In this document: positions 30,510-42,717 of the stretch, piece by piece
Layout of the letters: every line of letters starts with the position of its first letter
Position numbering within the stretch: the stretch's first letter is position 1
Origin: Gammaproteobacteria bacterium
GTDB taxonomy: Bacteria; Pseudomonadota; Gammaproteobacteria; Eutrophobiales; Eutrophobiaceae
DNA: 64,000 nucleotides
Direction of reading: 5' to 3'
Assembly (NCBI GenBank): GCA_028281365.1
Contig: JANQJZ010000013.1
Location: 3,632-67,631 of the forward strand
Made by a program: the position numbers and the translations under genes
Notes under the pieces: generated by a model
The model's input: only the letters and a program-made list of their open reading frames with translations
Databases searched by the model: none
Told to the model about the DNA's origin: nothing

Positions 30510-31001
30510 TTAACGATAGAATGCATCTCTTGCACGATCTTCTGCAATTTGCTTTTCGGCTAATTCACCAATTTCAAGTAATCTGGGTTTGGTCATTAAC
30601 AAATCACCACGCTTTTCACCGTGATATTCAAAGATACGCGTTTCAACGATTGAATCGACCGGACAGGATTCTTCACAGAAACCACAGAAAATACATTTAG
30701 TCAGGTCAATATCATAACGTGTAGTTCGTCTACTTCCATCATCGCGCGGTTCAGACTCAATAGTAATCGCTACAGCAGGACAAACTGCTTCACATAATTT
30801 ACATGCGATGCAACGTTCTTCACCATTTGGATAACGACGTAAAGCATGTAATCCACGGAACCGATGTGATTGAGGTGTTTTTTCTTCAGGATATTGAACA
30901 GTTATCTTACGTTTAAACAAGTGTTTTCCAGTTAAACGCAAACCCTTCAAAAGTTCCCATAAAAATAAACTGGTAATGTAATTTTTAACTTTAGTCATCA
31001 T
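30510..31001 (-). CDS. nuoI: NADH-quinone oxidoreductase subunit I (2x[4Fe-4S] ferredoxin-like)
   Basis: 163 aa. Two CxxCxxCxxxCP motifs ([24 protein letters not shown]). Confidence 0.95.
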   Translation of the reverse strand: MMTKVKNYITSLFLWELLKGLRLTGKHLFKRKITVQYPEEKTPQSHRFRGLHALRRYPNGEERCIACKLCEAVCPAVAITIESEPRDDGSRRTTRYDIDLTKCIFCGFCEESCPVDSIVETRIFEYHGEKRGDLLMTKPRLLEIGELAEKQIAEDRARDAFYR

Positions 31002-31003
31002 AA

Positions 31004-32155
31004 TTAAGCAACAAACCAGGGAGGTGTATTGGTTACCACTAATGCTGAGATAACGACCAGCCAGACAATTGTAATCGGAATAAACACTTTCCAGCCTAAA
31101 CGCATAATTTGATCATAGCGATAACGCGGAAAAGTTGCCCTGAACCATAAAAACAAAAACATGAAGAAAGATGTCTTCGCCAATAACCAGAAGATAGGTG
31201 GGACCCAACTAAATAGATCCTCAAGGCCCGGTATACCCTGAAATGGCGATAACCAGCCACCGCAAAACATAATGGCCGATAACACTGCAATCAGGATCAT
31301 GTTGGCATATTCTGCCATGAAAAAGACTGAAAAGGCCATGCCACCATACTCTACATGGAAGCCAGCGACAATTTCCGACTCGCCTTCTGCAACATCAAAC
31401 GGTGCACGATTCGTTTCAGCAACACCGGATATAAAGTAGACAATAAACAAAGGTAATAAAGGTAGCCAGAACCAATGAATAAAGCTTCCAGACTGTGCGG
31501 TAACTATCTCACCCAGGTTTAAACTGCCAGCAGCAATTAATACCCCGACCAGGGCAAATCCCATTGCGATCTCATAAGCAACAATCTGGGCCGCTGAACG
31601 CATTGCACCTAAAAAGGCATACTTTGAATTAGACGCCCATCCGGCAATAATGACACCATAAACAGCAAGTGAAGTTAATGCCAGGACATATAACAAACCG
31701 GCATTAATATCCGCTAATACCTTGGTGTCATCAAATGGAATCACTGCCCAGGCTGCAATCGAGGGAGCTAATGATAATATTGGAGCAATTATAAAAAGAG
31801 TTTTATTTGATCCTGTTGGAATAACAATCTCTTTTACAATAAGTTTGACTGCATCAGCAATTGGCTGGCCCAGGCCCCATAGGCTAAAACCAAAAAACCC
31901 GACCCTGTTCGGTCCAATACGTGCCTGAATAAAACCAATCACCTTTCGTTCAGCATAGGTAAAATAAGCAACAGTGAGTAACACCGGCACCATAATAGAC
32001 AGGATTTTCACTATCGTTTGCAAAACATATAATGCCTGGGGTTGATATTGAAGCGGGAACAAATATGTTGCGACAGGTGACAACACATTCTGGCTAATAA
32101 ACTGATAGAGAAATTCGATCATAAACCTATCCCTTTGCCAGCCTGATTGGTCCAA
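31004..32155 (-). CDS. nuoH: NADH-quinone oxidoreductase subunit H
   Basis: ND1 family. Probable true start at Met12 (about 32122), giving the usual short overlap with the nuoG end. Confidence 0.9.
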   Translation of the reverse strand: MDQSGWQRDRFMIEFLYQFISQNVLSPVATYLFPLQYQPQALYVLQTIVKILSIMVPVLLTVAYFTYAERKVIGFIQARIGPNRVGFFGFSLWGLGQPIADAVKLIVKEIVIPTGSNKTLFIIAPILSLAPSIAAWAVIPFDDTKVLADINAGLLYVLALTSLAVYGVIIAGWASNSKYAFLGAMRSAAQIVAYEIAMGFALVGVLIAAGSLNLGEIVTAQSGSFIHWFWLPLLPLFIVYFISGVAETNRAPFDVAEGESEIVAGFHVEYGGMAFSVFFMAEYANMILIAVLSAIMFCGGWLSPFQGIPGLEDLFSWVPPIFWLLAKTSFFMFLFLWFRATFPRYRYDQIMRLGWKVFIPITIVWLVVISALVVTNTPPWFVA

Positions 32156-34508
32156 AAGAAGGACCTAAACCAATTTGTGATGGGTGTGCAGATTGTATTA
32201 ACACACAGTCATCGGGTAATCTGTCGTCGATAACTACTTTTAAAATGGCACTGTTGTTTTCCTGTTCAACCTTCGCTTTGTCATCACTATTCAGTTTATT
32301 TTTTTCTGCCAGATTTTTATTTATATGTATAGTGCCGTCAGAAACATCATTTGTCTGTTGTAATGCATTGGCACGGCGACAAATGGAATCAATCATATTC
32401 ATTGGCGTTTCTGTAATACGCTGTAGACCATTTTGTGGTTGTTCTATACTTGCTGGAAGTTGCCATTGATCAAGGTTATCTCCTTTTATATTACCAATCT
32501 TTTGCATGGTTTCAGTAAGTACATCTTTTGATGATTGATATTCAAAACCATCAAGGTCGAAGTAATTGCCCAGAACTCTTAATACCTTCCAGGCTGGTCT
32601 GGCTTCTCCCAGGGGAGAAACAACCCCATCAAATGATTGAACAACCCCTTCATTATTTATATAAGTACCTGATGTTTCGGCAAATACCGAAACAGGTAAC
32701 ATGACATCGGCATAAGATTCAATAGCATCACTTTTATATGATGTTAATGAAACAACAAACTCTGCTTTATTCATTGCTTGTGCAGCAAGTTGGCTGTCCC
32801 AACAATCGAGTTCCGGTTCAACACCCAGTAAAACAAAGGCCCTTAACTGTGCCTGTAACATATCCATTGCATTTAAACCAGTAGCCATATTCTTTTCACC
32901 ACCTGCACGACGATGCGGGATGGCACCTGCCAGCCAACTACCCGAACTATTAGCAGCTTCAGATAAATAACCAAAACTACAAGCTGTTGCTTTGGCAATT
33001 TCACCTGCGAGGGAACGCAACATTGAAAATTGAGGGTGAGAGGTGGCCAGGTTTCCGAGCAAAATAATCGCGCCCTCAGAATTAACCAAATTATCTGCTA
33101 TCTGATCATGGATATCGCTTGTCTTTACATGATCCAGTTTGTGTTTAATCTGTTCATTTACATTAGCGGAGGTATTTTCTGTTAACGCTTTTAAGATTGA
33201 AGCTACGTCTGAAATCATTTCGTCAGGAGAGATAATACGTTTTACCGCAACAGGATAATTAAAATCGTAATCAACCGGATTAACCACCATGACTGATGCA
33301 CCCTTTAAAGCTGCTTTACGAATCCGGTGATTAACAATAGGTTGATCCTTACGAACATTACTTCCTATTAAAAGGACTGATTGTAAAGATTCAATTTCAG
33401 CTATAGATTTACCTAACCATGGAAAAGCCGGTGCAGAATCCTGATCTGAAAAATCTGCCTGTTTCAAACGGCTATCAATATTATTTGAACCAATGGCACG
33501 AATAAATTTTTGTAGCAGATATAATTCTTCCAGCGTCGAAGAAGGTGAAGCCAATGCACCGAGTTGATCCGCACCATGTGTATTAACAACCTGTTTTAAT
33601 CCATTTTTAACTCTATCAAGGGCCGTTTCCCAATCCACTTCTTTCCAACTACCCTCTTCCTTAACCATCGGGGCCTGTAAACGATCCTCACTATAGATCG
33701 CTTCATAACTAAAACGATCGCGATCTGATAACCATACTTCGTTAATTGATTCATTTTCTGCAGGCACAACTCGCTTAACCTTATCGTCTTTTATATGTAT
33801 ATGTATATTGGAACCAACGGAATCATGTGGTGCGATACCATCTCTTTGTATTAATTCCCAGGTCCTGGCTGAATAGCGGAATGGTTTTGAAGTCAAGGCA
33901 CCTACCGGGCAAAGATCGATAACATTGCCGGACATTTCAGATACAACACTCTTTTCTATATAGGTGCCGATTTCCATGTTTTCACCACGGCCCGTGGCAC
34001 CCATTTCACGAATACCGGAAATCTCCTCACCAAACCGCACACAACGCGTACAATGAATACATCGTGTCAAATCAGTCTGGATCAAAGACCCGATGTTCTT
34101 GTCTTTAACAACGCGCTTCTTTTCCTGATAACGTGAGACATCTCGTCCATAACCCATGGCCAGATCCTGTAGTTCACATTCACCACCCTGATCACAAATC
34201 GGACAATCCAGTGGATGATTGATTAATAAAAACTCCATAATTGATTTCTGTGCATCAAGTGCTGCTCTCGATCGGGTTTTAACTTTCATCCCATCCATAA
34301 CAGGCGTCGCACAGGCAGGTAATGCCTTTGGCGCTTTTTCAACTTCAACCAGACACATCCGGCAATTCGCTGCGATGGTTAATTTATTGTGATAACAGAA
34401 ACGCGGAACATAAATATCATGAGCATCAGTGACCTCGATCAACATCTGTCCCTTCCTTGCGGGAAGTTCCTTACCATCAACTTCTATTGTGATTTGATCG
34501 TCTGACAT
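32127..34508 (-). CDS. nuoG: NADH-quinone oxidoreductase subunit G
   Basis: 793 aa. N-terminal 2Fe-2S and 4Fe-4S cysteine clusters ([25 protein letters not shown]). Molybdopterin-like domain. Confidence 0.95.
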   Translation of the reverse strand: MSDDQITIEVDGKELPARKGQMLIEVTDAHDIYVPRFCYHNKLTIAANCRMCLVEVEKAPKALPACATPVMDGMKVKTRSRAALDAQKSIMEFLLINHPLDCPICDQGGECELQDLAMGYGRDVSRYQEKKRVVKDKNIGSLIQTDLTRCIHCTRCVRFGEEISGIREMGATGRGENMEIGTYIEKSVVSEMSGNVIDLCPVGALTSKPFRYSARTWELIQRDGIAPHDSVGSNIHIHIKDDKVKRVVPAENESINEVWLSDRDRFSYEAIYSEDRLQAPMVKEEGSWKEVDWETALDRVKNGLKQVVNTHGADQLGALASPSSTLEELYLLQKFIRAIGSNNIDSRLKQADFSDQDSAPAFPWLGKSIAEIESLQSVLLIGSNVRKDQPIVNHRIRKAALKGASVMVVNPVDYDFNYPVAVKRIISPDEMISDVASILKALTENTSANVNEQIKHKLDHVKTSDIHDQIADNLVNSEGAIILLGNLATSHPQFSMLRSLAGEIAKATACSFGYLSEAANSSGSWLAGAIPHRRAGGEKNMATGLNAMDMLQAQLRAFVLLGVEPELDCWDSQLAAQAMNKAEFVVSLTSYKSDAIESYADVMLPVSVFAETSGTYINNEGVVQSFDGVVSPLGEARPAWKVLRVLGNYFDLDGFEYQSSKDVLTETMQKIGNIKGDNLDQWQLPASIEQPQNGLQRITETPMNMIDSICRRANALQQTNDVSDGTIHINKNLAEKNKLNSDDKAKVEQENNSAILKVVIDDRLPDDCVLIQSAHPSQIGLGPSFGPIRLAKG

Positions 34509-34527
34509 AATCTTTAATTAATTTTCT

Positions 34528-35829
34528 CTAGGCTGCATCATCTTTAATACTGCTTGAACCAACCAGGCAGCGTTTATGATCAATGTGGTACTGAAATTCA
34601 TCGCGAAACTGTTTAACAAAACTTCTGACTGGCCAGGCTGCTGCGTCACCAAAAGCACAGATCGTTCGACCTTCAATCTTGCTGGCAACATCATCCAGTT
34701 TATCCAGGTCTCCCTGAACACCTTTGCCATCTTCAATTCTTTTCACAACCCGATATAACCAGCCGGTACCTTCACGACACGGTGTACACTGACCACAGGA
34801 TTCTGAATAATAAAAGCGTGATAAACGTTCCAGGGCCTTAACCATGCAGGTGGTATCGTCCATGACGATGACCGCACCGGAACCCAGATAGGAACCTATC
34901 TTTGCAATCGAGTCATAGTCCATATTGGTTTCAAGCATCGCATCACCATGTACCACCGGCATCGAACAACCACCGGGAATAACCGCCTTTAAACCACGAC
35001 CATTACGAACACCGCCTGCCATTTCCAATAATTTTGAAAATGGTGTACCTAATGGAATTTCAAAATTACCCGGGTTATTGACATGACCGCTGACTGAAAA
35101 ACATTTCATACCACCGCTATTTGGTACACCTTTATCTGCAAACCAGGTGCCACCATTAACAATGATGCTTGGTACAGAAGCAAAACTTTCCGTGTTATTG
35201 ATTGTTGTTGGTTTACCATATAAACCAAAGTTAGCAGGGAATGGCGGCTTGAAGCGTGGCTGACCTTTTTTACCTTCTAATGATTCGAGTAATGCCGTTT
35301 CTTCACCACAGATATAAGCACCGGCACCCAATGAAGCATAAATATCAATACTGATATCCGTACCAAATAAATTTTCTCCTAACATGCCCTCGCGATACGC
35401 TTCCTTTAATGCATTTTCAAAACGTGGATACGGTTCATCCATAAATTCACCACGGATATAGTTATAACCCACACTTGAACCTGTCGCGTAACAGGCAATA
35501 GCCATACCTTCAACGACTGAATGTGGATTAAAACGCAGGATATCCCTGTCCTTACAGGTACCCGGTTCACTTTCATCCGAGTTACAAACAATATATTTTT
35601 GACCGCCAACATTCTTTGGCATAAAACTCCATTTCAATCCTGTTGGAAAACCAGCACCGCCTCTACCTCTAAGTCCTGATGTTTTTACTTCTTCAATAAC
35701 CTGATCGGGTGGTATTTTTTCCAAAATAATTTTTTTCAATGCCGCATAACCACCTACCTTTAAATAATTTTCAAAGGTCCAGGGCTCATCAAACTTGAGC
35801 GTGGCGTAACAGACAGTATTCATTTCCAT
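34528..35829 (-). CDS. nuoF: NADH-quinone oxidoreductase subunit F (FMN, NADH-binding)
   Basis: 433 aa. [17 protein letters not shown] motif. [12 protein letters not shown] 4Fe-4S motif. Confidence 0.95.
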   Translation of the reverse strand: MEMNTVCYATLKFDEPWTFENYLKVGGYAALKKIILEKIPPDQVIEEVKTSGLRGRGGAGFPTGLKWSFMPKNVGGQKYIVCNSDESEPGTCKDRDILRFNPHSVVEGMAIACYATGSSVGYNYIRGEFMDEPYPRFENALKEAYREGMLGENLFGTDISIDIYASLGAGAYICGEETALLESLEGKKGQPRFKPPFPANFGLYGKPTTINNTESFASVPSIIVNGGTWFADKGVPNSGGMKCFSVSGHVNNPGNFEIPLGTPFSKLLEMAGGVRNGRGLKAVIPGGCSMPVVHGDAMLETNMDYDSIAKIGSYLGSGAVIVMDDTTCMVKALERLSRFYYSESCGQCTPCREGTGWLYRVVKRIEDGKGVQGDLDKLDDVASKIEGRTICAFGDAAAWPVRSFVKQFRDEFQYHIDHKRCLVGSSSIKDDAA

Positions 35830-35835
35830 AGTGAT

Positions 35836-36339
35836 TTAATCCAATTCGTCCAGAATCTCATCAACCTTATCCGGTGTGAGATTTTCATAATATTTATGAT
35901 CGATCATCATCATGGGACCACCACAACAGGCAGCCAGACACTCTTCTTCGCACTTGATAAAGAACTTTCCATCTGCCGTTGATTCTCCCGTTTTTATTCC
36001 AAGCTTCTTTTCAAGATGATCAACGATCGTATCCGAACCCATCAACATACAAGAGATATTGGTACAGACAGAAATGCTATGACGTCCGACAGGTTCTGTC
36101 TCGAACATTGAATAAAATGACGCAACTTCATAAACAGCGATATCAGGCATACCAAGATAATCTGCAACAGCATCCATCAATTCTGTTGTTAGATAACCAC
36201 CGTTTTGATGTTGGGCTTCACGTAATGCTGCCAAGACAGCCGATTGTTTTTGATCATCCGGGTATTTTTTTAACCATTCATCGATCTCGGATCGGGTATG
36301 CTCAGAAAGAATAGTTGTCTTTGTCTCAGTCATTCTCAA
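35836..36339 (-). CDS. nuoE: NADH-quinone oxidoreductase subunit E
   Basis: 167 aa thioredoxin-like 2Fe-2S subunit (CTNISC...CEEECLAACCGGP). The track start is TTG; the ATG at Met3 (36333) is likely. Confidence 0.9.
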   Translation of the reverse strand: MRMTETKTTILSEHTRSEIDEWLKKYPDDQKQSAVLAALREAQHQNGGYLTTELMDAVADYLGMPDIAVYEVASFYSMFETEPVGRHSISVCTNISCMLMGSDTIVDHLEKKLGIKTGESTADGKFFIKCEEECLAACCGGPMMMIDHKYYENLTPDKVDEILDELD

Positions 36340-36340
36340 T

Positions 36341-36480
36341 TAACTCAAATTTATTGATGAGCGAGTATTTTTTGTTCAGGCAAGGCGCGAGATTTTGAGT
36401 GTCCGGAGCGTACAAGTTAGTACGTGAGGAACACGAAGAATCGAGCAACGCAGCATGGGCGAAAAATAGGAAGCTCATCG
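36341..36480. repeat. REP/MITE-like palindromic element filling the nuoE-nuoD spacer
   Basis: Flanking 7-bp inverted repeat gatgagc..gctcatc overlaps the nuoD stop. Internal cgagattttgagtg and acaagttag motifs are shared with the 29329-29575 element. Confidence 0.45.
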
Positions 36481-37770
36481 GTCAATTTCTCCGAAGACAA
36501 TGTCTTGGGTACCTATTACAGCTACGACATCAGCTAACATATGACCTTTAACCATTTCATTCATCGATGATAAATGTGCAAATCCCGGTGCTCGTATCTT
36601 TAAGCGATAGGGTTTGTTTGCGCCATCAGAGATCAGGTAAATACCAAATTCACCTTTTGGATGTTCAACTGCTGAATAAACTTCACCCTCTGGAACACAA
36701 TAGCCTTCCGTAAACAGTTTGAAATGATGAATCAGTGATTCCATATCGTCTTTCATTTCTTCGCGACTAGGCGGAGTAAGTTTATGGTCATCAATCATGA
36801 CAGTACCGGGATTTTTTCTTAACCAGTCAACACATTGTTTGATAATTCTGTTGGATTGGCGCATCTCTTCAACACGAACCAGGTAACGATCATAACAATC
36901 ACCATTAGTACCAACCGGAATATCAAAATCGATTTGATCGTAAACGTCATAAGGTTGTTTTTTTCTGAGATCCCATTCAATCCCGGAACCACGTAACATC
37001 GGTCCCGTAAAACCTAAATTTAGTGCCCGTTCTGGTGTAACTTCCGCAATACCCACTGTTCGTTGTTTCCAGATACGATTATCCGTTAATAATGTTTCAT
37101 AATCATCGACACATCCCGGAAAACGATCAGTAAATGATTCAATAAAATCCAGTAGTGAGCCCTGTCTGTTTTCGTTTAACCGGTCAACTTCTTCCTGATT
37201 GTGCCATTTAGATGCTTCATACTTCGGCATGGTTGAAGGTAAATCACGATAAACACCACCCGGACGATAATAGGTCGCATGCATACGTGTCCCTGATACT
37301 GCTTCATAACAATCCATCAGGTCTTCACGTTCACGAAAACAATAAAGAAAGACGGTCATTGCACCGATATCCAGACCATGCGCACCCAACCACATCAAAT
37401 GATTCAGGATTCGGGTTATCTCGGCATACATGACTCTTATATATTGGGCGCGTTCTGGTGGTGTAACCCCAAGTAGTTTCTCTATTGCCATAACGTAGGC
37501 GTGTTCATTACACATCATAGAGACATAATCGAGACGATCCATATAACCAATACTTTGATTAAAAGGTTTACTCTCTGCGAGTTTTTCCGTTGCACGATGC
37601 AATAAACCAATATGTGGATCAGCACGTTCAATCACTTCACCGTCCATTTCCAGGATAAGCCGAAGTACACCATGTGCAGCAGGATGTTGCGGCCCGAAAT
37701 TCATTGTCATATTACGAATCTCAGGCATCGCTTTGTTCCTCTTCTTCAGCAGCGTAACGATTGTCATCAC
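36475..37770 (-). CDS. nuoD: NADH-quinone oxidoreductase subunit D (separate from NuoC)
   Basis: 49-kDa subunit motifs ([15 protein letters not shown]). Likely start at MPEIRNM (about 37728), which gives an 8-bp overlap with the nuoC end. Confidence 0.9.
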   Translation of the reverse strand: MMTIVTLLKKRNKAMPEIRNMTMNFGPQHPAAHGVLRLILEMDGEVIERADPHIGLLHRATEKLAESKPFNQSIGYMDRLDYVSMMCNEHAYVMAIEKLLGVTPPERAQYIRVMYAEITRILNHLMWLGAHGLDIGAMTVFLYCFREREDLMDCYEAVSGTRMHATYYRPGGVYRDLPSTMPKYEASKWHNQEEVDRLNENRQGSLLDFIESFTDRFPGCVDDYETLLTDNRIWKQRTVGIAEVTPERALNLGFTGPMLRGSGIEWDLRKKQPYDVYDQIDFDIPVGTNGDCYDRYLVRVEEMRQSNRIIKQCVDWLRKNPGTVMIDDHKLTPPSREEMKDDMESLIHHFKLFTEGYCVPEGEVYSAVEHPKGEFGIYLISDGANKPYRLKIRAPGFAHLSSMNEMVKGHMLADVVAVIGTQDIVFGEIDR

Positions 37771-38413
37771 GAATGACTCTGGGCACCAACACCCTGTTTG
37801 TTATCGTGACAGGTTGATAAACCACACGTTGTTTATCCGGGTCATAACGAACTTCAACATTACCTTCCAATGGAAAATCTTTTCTAAAGGGATGTCCAAT
37901 AAAACCATAGTCCGTCAATATACGACGAAGGTCCGGATGACCATTAAACAGGATGCCAAATAGATCGAATGCCTCACGTTCAAACCAGTTAGCTGAATTC
38001 CATATATCTGTAACAGATGCTATTCGAGGTGGCTCTTCGTTTAGATAACAACGCAAGCGCAAACGAATATTATGTTTGAGAGACAAAAGGTGATAAACCA
38101 CTGCAAATTTACGTTGTTCATCATCATCAGATTCGTCGTCTAAAGTATTTTGCCTGCCACGACTAAAGCCGGTTGCTGTTGTTTCTTGTGTCGCCCAATC
38201 AACCTGACCATAAGTTGAATAATCAACACCACAAAGATCGGATAATTGAGAAAAGGCAAACTCATCATCATCACGTAATGTTTTGCAAACAGATATGATA
38301 TGTTCGGCAGGAATAACCAACGTGACCTGATTGCGATCAACAATACAATCGATCAACTCATTACTAAAACGTTCTTCAAGTTTTGTCTTTAGACTGGCGG
38401 TAGATTCCGTCAT
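37721..38413 (-). CDS. nuoC: NADH-quinone oxidoreductase subunit C
   Basis: 230 aa. 30-kDa subunit family. Acidic C-terminal tail. Confidence 0.9.
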   Translation of the reverse strand: MTESTASLKTKLEERFSNELIDCIVDRNQVTLVIPAEHIISVCKTLRDDDEFAFSQLSDLCGVDYSTYGQVDWATQETTATGFSRGRQNTLDDESDDDEQRKFAVVYHLLSLKHNIRLRLRCYLNEEPPRIASVTDIWNSANWFEREAFDLFGILFNGHPDLRRILTDYGFIGHPFRKDFPLEGNVEVRYDPDKQRVVYQPVTITNRVLVPRVIRDDNRYAAEEEEQSDA

Positions 38414-38440
38414 ACTAATTTGTTTTAAGCTAATATGTAA

Positions 38441-38920
38441 TTAACGTGCAATCGTATTTGTACGTCTTATCTTTTTCTGCAGTTGTATAATTCCAAACAA
38501 CAATGCTTCAGCAGTTGGTGGGCAGCCCGGGACGTAGATATCTACCGGAACAATACGATCACAACCTCGTACTACAGAATAGGAATAGTGATAATAACCA
38601 CCGCCATTGGCACAGGAGCCCATGGATATTACCCAGCGCGGTTCCGGCATCTGGTCATAGACTTTACGTAAAGCCGGAGCCATTTTATTGACAAGTGTCC
38701 CGGCAACTATCATGACATCAGATTGTCTTGGGCTTGGTCTAAAAACAATACCGAACCTGTCCAGGTCATAGCGGGAAGCACCAGTATGCATCATTTCGAC
38801 AGCACAACATGCCAGACCAAATGACATCGGCCACATCGAACCGGTTCTTGCCCAGTTTATGACATTGTCTACTGTAGTCGTAACAATACCGGGTTCGTGA
38901 ATTTTTTCTTCAGCGCCCAA
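38441..38920 (-). CDS. nuoB: NADH-quinone oxidoreductase subunit B
   Basis: 159 aa. N2 cluster cysteines ([24 protein letters not shown]). Confidence 0.95.
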   Translation of the reverse strand: MGAEEKIHEPGIVTTTVDNVINWARTGSMWPMSFGLACCAVEMMHTGASRYDLDRFGIVFRPSPRQSDVMIVAGTLVNKMAPALRKVYDQMPEPRWVISMGSCANGGGYYHYSYSVVRGCDRIVPVDIYVPGCPPTAEALLFGIIQLQKKIRRTNTIAR

Positions 38921-38926
38921 TCTTAC

Positions 38927-39295
38927 TTACTCCCACTCAAGTGCACCCTTTTGCCATTCATAGATAAAGCCAACAACCAATATACCCAGAAATATCATCA
39001 TTGCCCAAAAACCGGCCATACCTATACCGTCCAGGGCTACTGCCCATGGGAAAAGAAAGGCTATTTCAAGGTCAAAAATAATAAACAGGATGGCAACCAG
39101 ATAATAACGAACATCGAACTTCATGCGGGCGTCTTCAAACGCTTCAAAACCGCATTCATAAGGGGATTGCTTTTCAGAGTCAGCGCGGGCATGACCCATT
39201 ATTTTCCCCAAACCAAGACCCAGTGCAATGAGAACAACGCCCATTACCAGGCCCATAAAGGTAAATATCAAAATAGGGAAATAATTAGTTAACAT
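38927..39295 (-). CDS. nuoA: NADH-quinone oxidoreductase subunit A
   Basis: 122 aa. 3 TM. ND3 family. First gene of the operon. Confidence 0.9.
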   Translation of the reverse strand: MLTNYFPILIFTFMGLVMGVVLIALGLGLGKIMGHARADSEKQSPYECGFEAFEDARMKFDVRYYLVAILFIIFDLEIAFLFPWAVALDGIGMAGFWAMMIFLGILVVGFIYEWQKGALEWE

Positions 39296-39482
39296 TTTCT
39301 TGTTTTAGCATCCCTTTAAATACTCTGGTAGATATTCTTAAGTATACTAACAAGATTCAGGCCAATCACCATAAAAACATCCAAATTTTATTTATTTACG
39401 GGGAATGCAGAAGAAAAGTTCTGTTCTTGAAAATTAGAACATCCTGGATTTTAAGTTACGAATTTATGACCCGTAATACTTA

Positions 39483-39625
39483 TGATTGGTGCCGATAGCC
39501 GGAGTCGACAACTTTGTCTGGAACAAAGTTGGACAGCCACAGGCTGCCTGAAAGGCGAAAGCCAAGGATGGCTTTCGTCAGCCGCACACCCGAAGGCACT
39601 ACCCCCTCAAAATTGCGCGACTATG
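39483..39625 (-). other. Partial tRNA-Leu copy (3' acceptor/T-arm and anticodon/variable-arm segments) interrupted by a 73-bp insert of the intergenic repeat family. Flanked by a 9-bp direct repeat atacttatg
   Basis: tggtgccgatagccggagtcgaca matches 21/24 of the tRNA-Leu 3' end at 40727-40750. gcacacccgaaggcactaccccctcaa matches the tRNA variable-arm/anticodon region. The insert contains the perfect hairpin caactttg..caaagttg and a ttggacagcc core homologous to 12090-12130. Confidence 0.6.
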
Positions 39626-39736
39626 ATACTTATGTTTATGAATTATTTTAGAAAAACACAACTTATACACAAAACAAAACTGAGCAAAAACATACAAAAC
39701 CGAACATATGGCAATTGAATTCTTACTAACTAAATA

Positions 39737-40354
39737 TTAATGATGATCGAAGAACTCGCCTTCTTTTTTTACATATTGTTCTTTAAATGTAGATACTCCA
39801 TCATTCCATTCAATAGCTGCTTTTTCTAGATGGCAATAAATTGATTTATCTTTAACCTGGGCTTGTTTAATATGTTCATGCATCCCTTCATACAATTTTT
39901 TAAATACCAAGCGTTCCGATTCTCTAATTACTTCCTCATCAGCTGTATCATTCATTGCGCAAATAGCAATAAATTCATAATAGCCTAGCAATAATTGTGT
40001 TTGAGGCATCGGTATACTTTTATTAGCCTCATTACTATCAATGTATGCATAAACCTCTTTTTTCCAGTCATTTACATTTTGTTCTAATAAAGGAAGCAAA
40101 ACAGTAACTGCATGTTGCTTGCGGGACAATCTTCTATTTATGTGACCTGACCACATCCAACCGCAAGTAGCCATAATGGCACTTAAAAAAATGGTGGAAG
40201 ATAATAAATACTTTTCTTGAATTACGTCACTCGCAAATACAAATAACCATACCTCTAGTACGAAACATAAAATAAGAGATACATATAAGAATGGGCGAAT
40301 ATTCCTATCCGCCCATCTTTTTACTTTTTTACAAAATCCTACATTTTCTGCCAT
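39737..40354 (-). CDS. Hypothetical membrane-anchored protein (2 N-terminal TM helices, soluble C-domain). Islet cargo
   Basis: 205-aa ORF in AT-rich DNA between tRNA-Leu and its partial copy. No recognisable family. Confidence 0.5.
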   Translation of the reverse strand: MAENVGFCKKVKRWADRNIRPFLYVSLILCFVLEVWLFVFASDVIQEKYLLSSTIFLSAIMATCGWMWSGHINRRLSRKQHAVTVLLPLLEQNVNDWKKEVYAYIDSNEANKSIPMPQTQLLLGYYEFIAICAMNDTADEEVIRESERLVFKKLYEGMHEHIKQAQVKDKSIYCHLEKAAIEWNDGVSTFKEQYVKKEGEFFDHH

Positions 40355-40726
40355 TTTATATCCTTATACGCCAATGAAATTTAATACTCCTTTTCTTCTA
40401 GTATTCTCTTAATCATCGTACTCTCCTTTGTTATCTAAGTTAAAATTAGCTTAATTGAATATACATTGTCAATGCTTATGACATCGGCAAATGCAAATAA
40501 GTTCTTGAATTTATTTTATTAAATTCATTAAGTATGTTGTTTTTAACGCAATATACTTGCCATTTGTGACATCTTTATGTCTTGTATCTATTATTTATAG
40601 AGGCACTATCCTCGCAGGGTAGCGTGCTTATTTCACTATATCTTTGATTTTATTATAATTATTGTCTCAGTTATACCTCAAAATTTTGAGTAACAGAATA
40701 AAAACGCTGTAAGTCTTTGATTTAAT

Positions 40727-40811
40727 TGGTGCCGATGGCCGGAGTCGAACCGGCACGCCCGAAGGCACTACCCCCTCAAGATAGCGTGTCTACCAATTCC
40801 ACCACATCGGC
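40727..40811 (-). tRNA. tRNA-Leu (anticodon GAG), type II with long variable arm, CCA encoded
   Basis: Reverse complement reads GCCGATGTGGTGGAATTGGTAGACACGCTATCTTGAGGGGGTAGTGCCTTCGGGCGTGCCGGTTCGACTCCGGCCATCGGCACCA. It folds as a cloverleaf with a 7-bp acceptor stem and anticodon loop cTTGAGgg. Confidence 0.9.
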
Positions 40812-40843
40812 AATCTTTTGGTTTTAATATTTTAAGAGTAAAT

Positions 40844-41224
40844 TTATTCGATTGGTAAACTCGGAAGATCAGAATCCTGGTTTTGCTCAGCGTCATCGAC
40901 TATTGCAGGTATATCTTCTTCAGTCACTTGTTGCTCTACAACGACTTCTGGCTGATCCAGCAAACTGGTTGGCGCTTCTCTAATACTCTGTGTCGCAAGG
41001 TAGGCCAACAATAAACTGTTAGCTAAAAAAACAAATGCCAAAAAGGCTGTTACTTTGGTTAAAAAGCCTCCAGCTCCCTGGCTACCAAATACCGTAGACG
41101 AAGATCCACTACCAAAAGCCGCACCTGCATCAGCACCTTTACCGTGCTGAATTAAAATAAACACTATCAACGCAACTGCGACCAATACCTGCAATACAAA
41201 TAATAATGTATGGATTGTTTCCAT
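40844..41224 (-). CDS. secG: Preprotein translocase subunit SecG
   Basis: Start taken at METIHTLLFVLQVL (the track ORF extends to 41251 but would overlap tpiA). Gly-rich FGSGSSSTVFGSQGAGGF loop. Conserved secG-tRNA-Leu arrangement. Confidence 0.85.
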   Translation of the reverse strand: METIHTLLFVLQVLVAVALIVFILIQHGKGADAGAAFGSGSSSTVFGSQGAGGFLTKVTAFLAFVFLANSLLLAYLATQSIREAPTSLLDQPEVVVEQQVTEEDIPAIVDDAEQNQDSDLPSLPIE

Positions 41225-41232
41225 TGTTTGTT

Positions 41233-42000
41233 TTACCTCACAGCCCGACAAATTGTCAGGAAATCATCAGCAATAAGTGATGCACCGCCAATTAAACCGC
41301 CATCAATATCTGCCATTTTAAAAAGTTGTTCAGCATTATCTGCCTTGACACTACCACCATAAAGAATCCTGATCCCATTGGCGATTTCATTATCATGTCG
41401 CGCCAGACGCAAACGAATAAATTCATGTACTTCCTGTGCCTGTTCCGGTGTTGCCGTTTTCCCTGTCCCTATTGCCCAAACCGGTTCATATGCAATCACA
41501 GCATTTGCAAATGCTGATATTCCGGCTTTATCAATAACAACATCCAACTGCCTTGCTATCACATCTTCCGTTGTATTCGTTTCACGCTCTTCCAACAGTT
41601 CTCCAACACACAGGATAGGTATCAACCCCTGGGCTTGTGCAGCAATAAATTTCTCAGCTACCCTGCTATCACTCTCATGATATAAATTCCGCCTTTCCGA
41701 ATGGCCGACGATAACATATCGACAAGCAAAATCAGTCAGCATCACAGATGAAATTTCACCGGTATATGCCCCATTTTCCAGGTGAGACACATTTTGCGCC
41801 CCGAGTGAGATGCTTGTATCACTCAAAAACCCTGATATTTCAGGAAGATAGATAAATGGCGGGCAAATCGCTACCTCGGCATTGTTATTACCAGCCAATC
41901 CCTGTTTGATGCCGATCACTAATGATTTAGCACTCTCCAGTGAGCCATTCATTTTCCAGTTGGCCGCAACCAAATATTGGCGATCCGGCATTTTATCCAC
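41233..42000 (-). CDS. tpiA: Triosephosphate isomerase
   Basis: ANWKMNG, AYEPVWAIGTGKTAT, catalytic His (VGHSERR). Alternative start MPDRQY at 41988. Confidence 0.9.
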   Translation of the reverse strand: MDKMPDRQYLVAANWKMNGSLESAKSLVIGIKQGLAGNNNAEVAICPPFIYLPEISGFLSDTSISLGAQNVSHLENGAYTGEISSVMLTDFACRYVIVGHSERRNLYHESDSRVAEKFIAAQAQGLIPILCVGELLEERETNTTEDVIARQLDVVIDKAGISAFANAVIAYEPVWAIGTGKTATPEQAQEVHEFIRLRLARHDNEIANGIRILYGGSVKADNAEQLFKMADIDGGLIGGASLIADDFLTICRAVR

Positions 42001-42078
42001 CCTGTCCTAAAAGGCCGCAAAGGTTACCGAGAGGAAGAGCCGAAATCAATATTTTCCTGAATAAACAGGCACATTATA

Positions 42079-42717
42079 TTAAATGGGCGCTTCAACAAGG
42101 CAGTGCTTACAATCATTAACACCTGAACACTTTATCTTCGCGTGCCTGACGATTAATGCATGGTATTCCTGGAATAGTTTTATATCTGCTTGCAGATTAG
42201 ACTCGAATAACTGACGAAGTGATTCATAAGACTCTTTACCATCAATTAATTTCATTCTTTCGAGCAACCTTCGTGTATAGGCATCTATAACAAACACGGG
42301 TCGTTCAAATGCATAAAGCAATATATCATCTGCGGTTTCAGGTCCAATTCCGTTGACACCTAGTAATCCATTACGTAAGTCTAGATCTGTCAATTTGTTT
42401 AATCCTTTAAAGCGGCCTTGTTGAACAAACCAATTTGTAAAATTCTTTAAGCGTTTTGCTTTAACATTAAAATAGCCGGATGGCTTTATTAAGCCGGCGA
42501 GCTTTAATTCGGATAAGCCTGATATTGAATGAATATTTAATGCATCAGCCTGTTTCAAATTATTTATTGCCTTTTCAACGTTAGTCCACGCTGTATTTTG
42601 AGTCAGTACGGCTCCAACCATTACTTCAAAAGGAGTTTCTGCAGGCCACCAGTCTTGTGGACCATACGCTTTATAAAGTCGTCGATATAATTTTTGCAGA
42701 GCGGCTCTACTGGTCAT
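42079..42717 (-). CDS. HhH-GPD family base-excision DNA glycosylase (endonuclease III-like domain protein)
   Basis: 212 aa. Helix-hairpin-helix motif LLGVNGIGPETADDILLYAF. C-terminal Cys cluster CSGVNDCKHC. Confidence 0.6.
   Translation of the reverse strand: MTSRAALQKLYRRLYKAYGPQDWWPAETPFEVMVGAVLTQNTAWTNVEKAINNLKQADALNIHSISGLSELKLAGLIKPSGYFNVKAKRLKNFTNWFVQQGRFKGLNKLTDLDLRNGLLGVNGIGPETADDILLYAFERPVFVIDAYTRRLLERMKLIDGKESYESLRQLFESNLQADIKLFQEYHALIVRHAKIKCSGVNDCKHCLVEAPI

Noticed and set aside
24362-39295. Numerous short antisense ORFs inside nuo genes (e.g. 25814-26176, 28372-28692, 31722-31928, 35979-36314, 37212-37433, 38897-39292)
   Set aside because: Embedded in and opposite to well-supported conserved nuo coding sequences. 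Typical shadow ORFs
39483-39625. Interpreting the tRNA-like segment as a functional intron-containing tRNA-Leu
   Set aside because: It lacks a 5' acceptor strand and D-arm. The 73-bp insert is homologous to an intergenic repeat, not a group I intron. The flanking 9-bp direct repeat favours a MITE insertion into an att remnant
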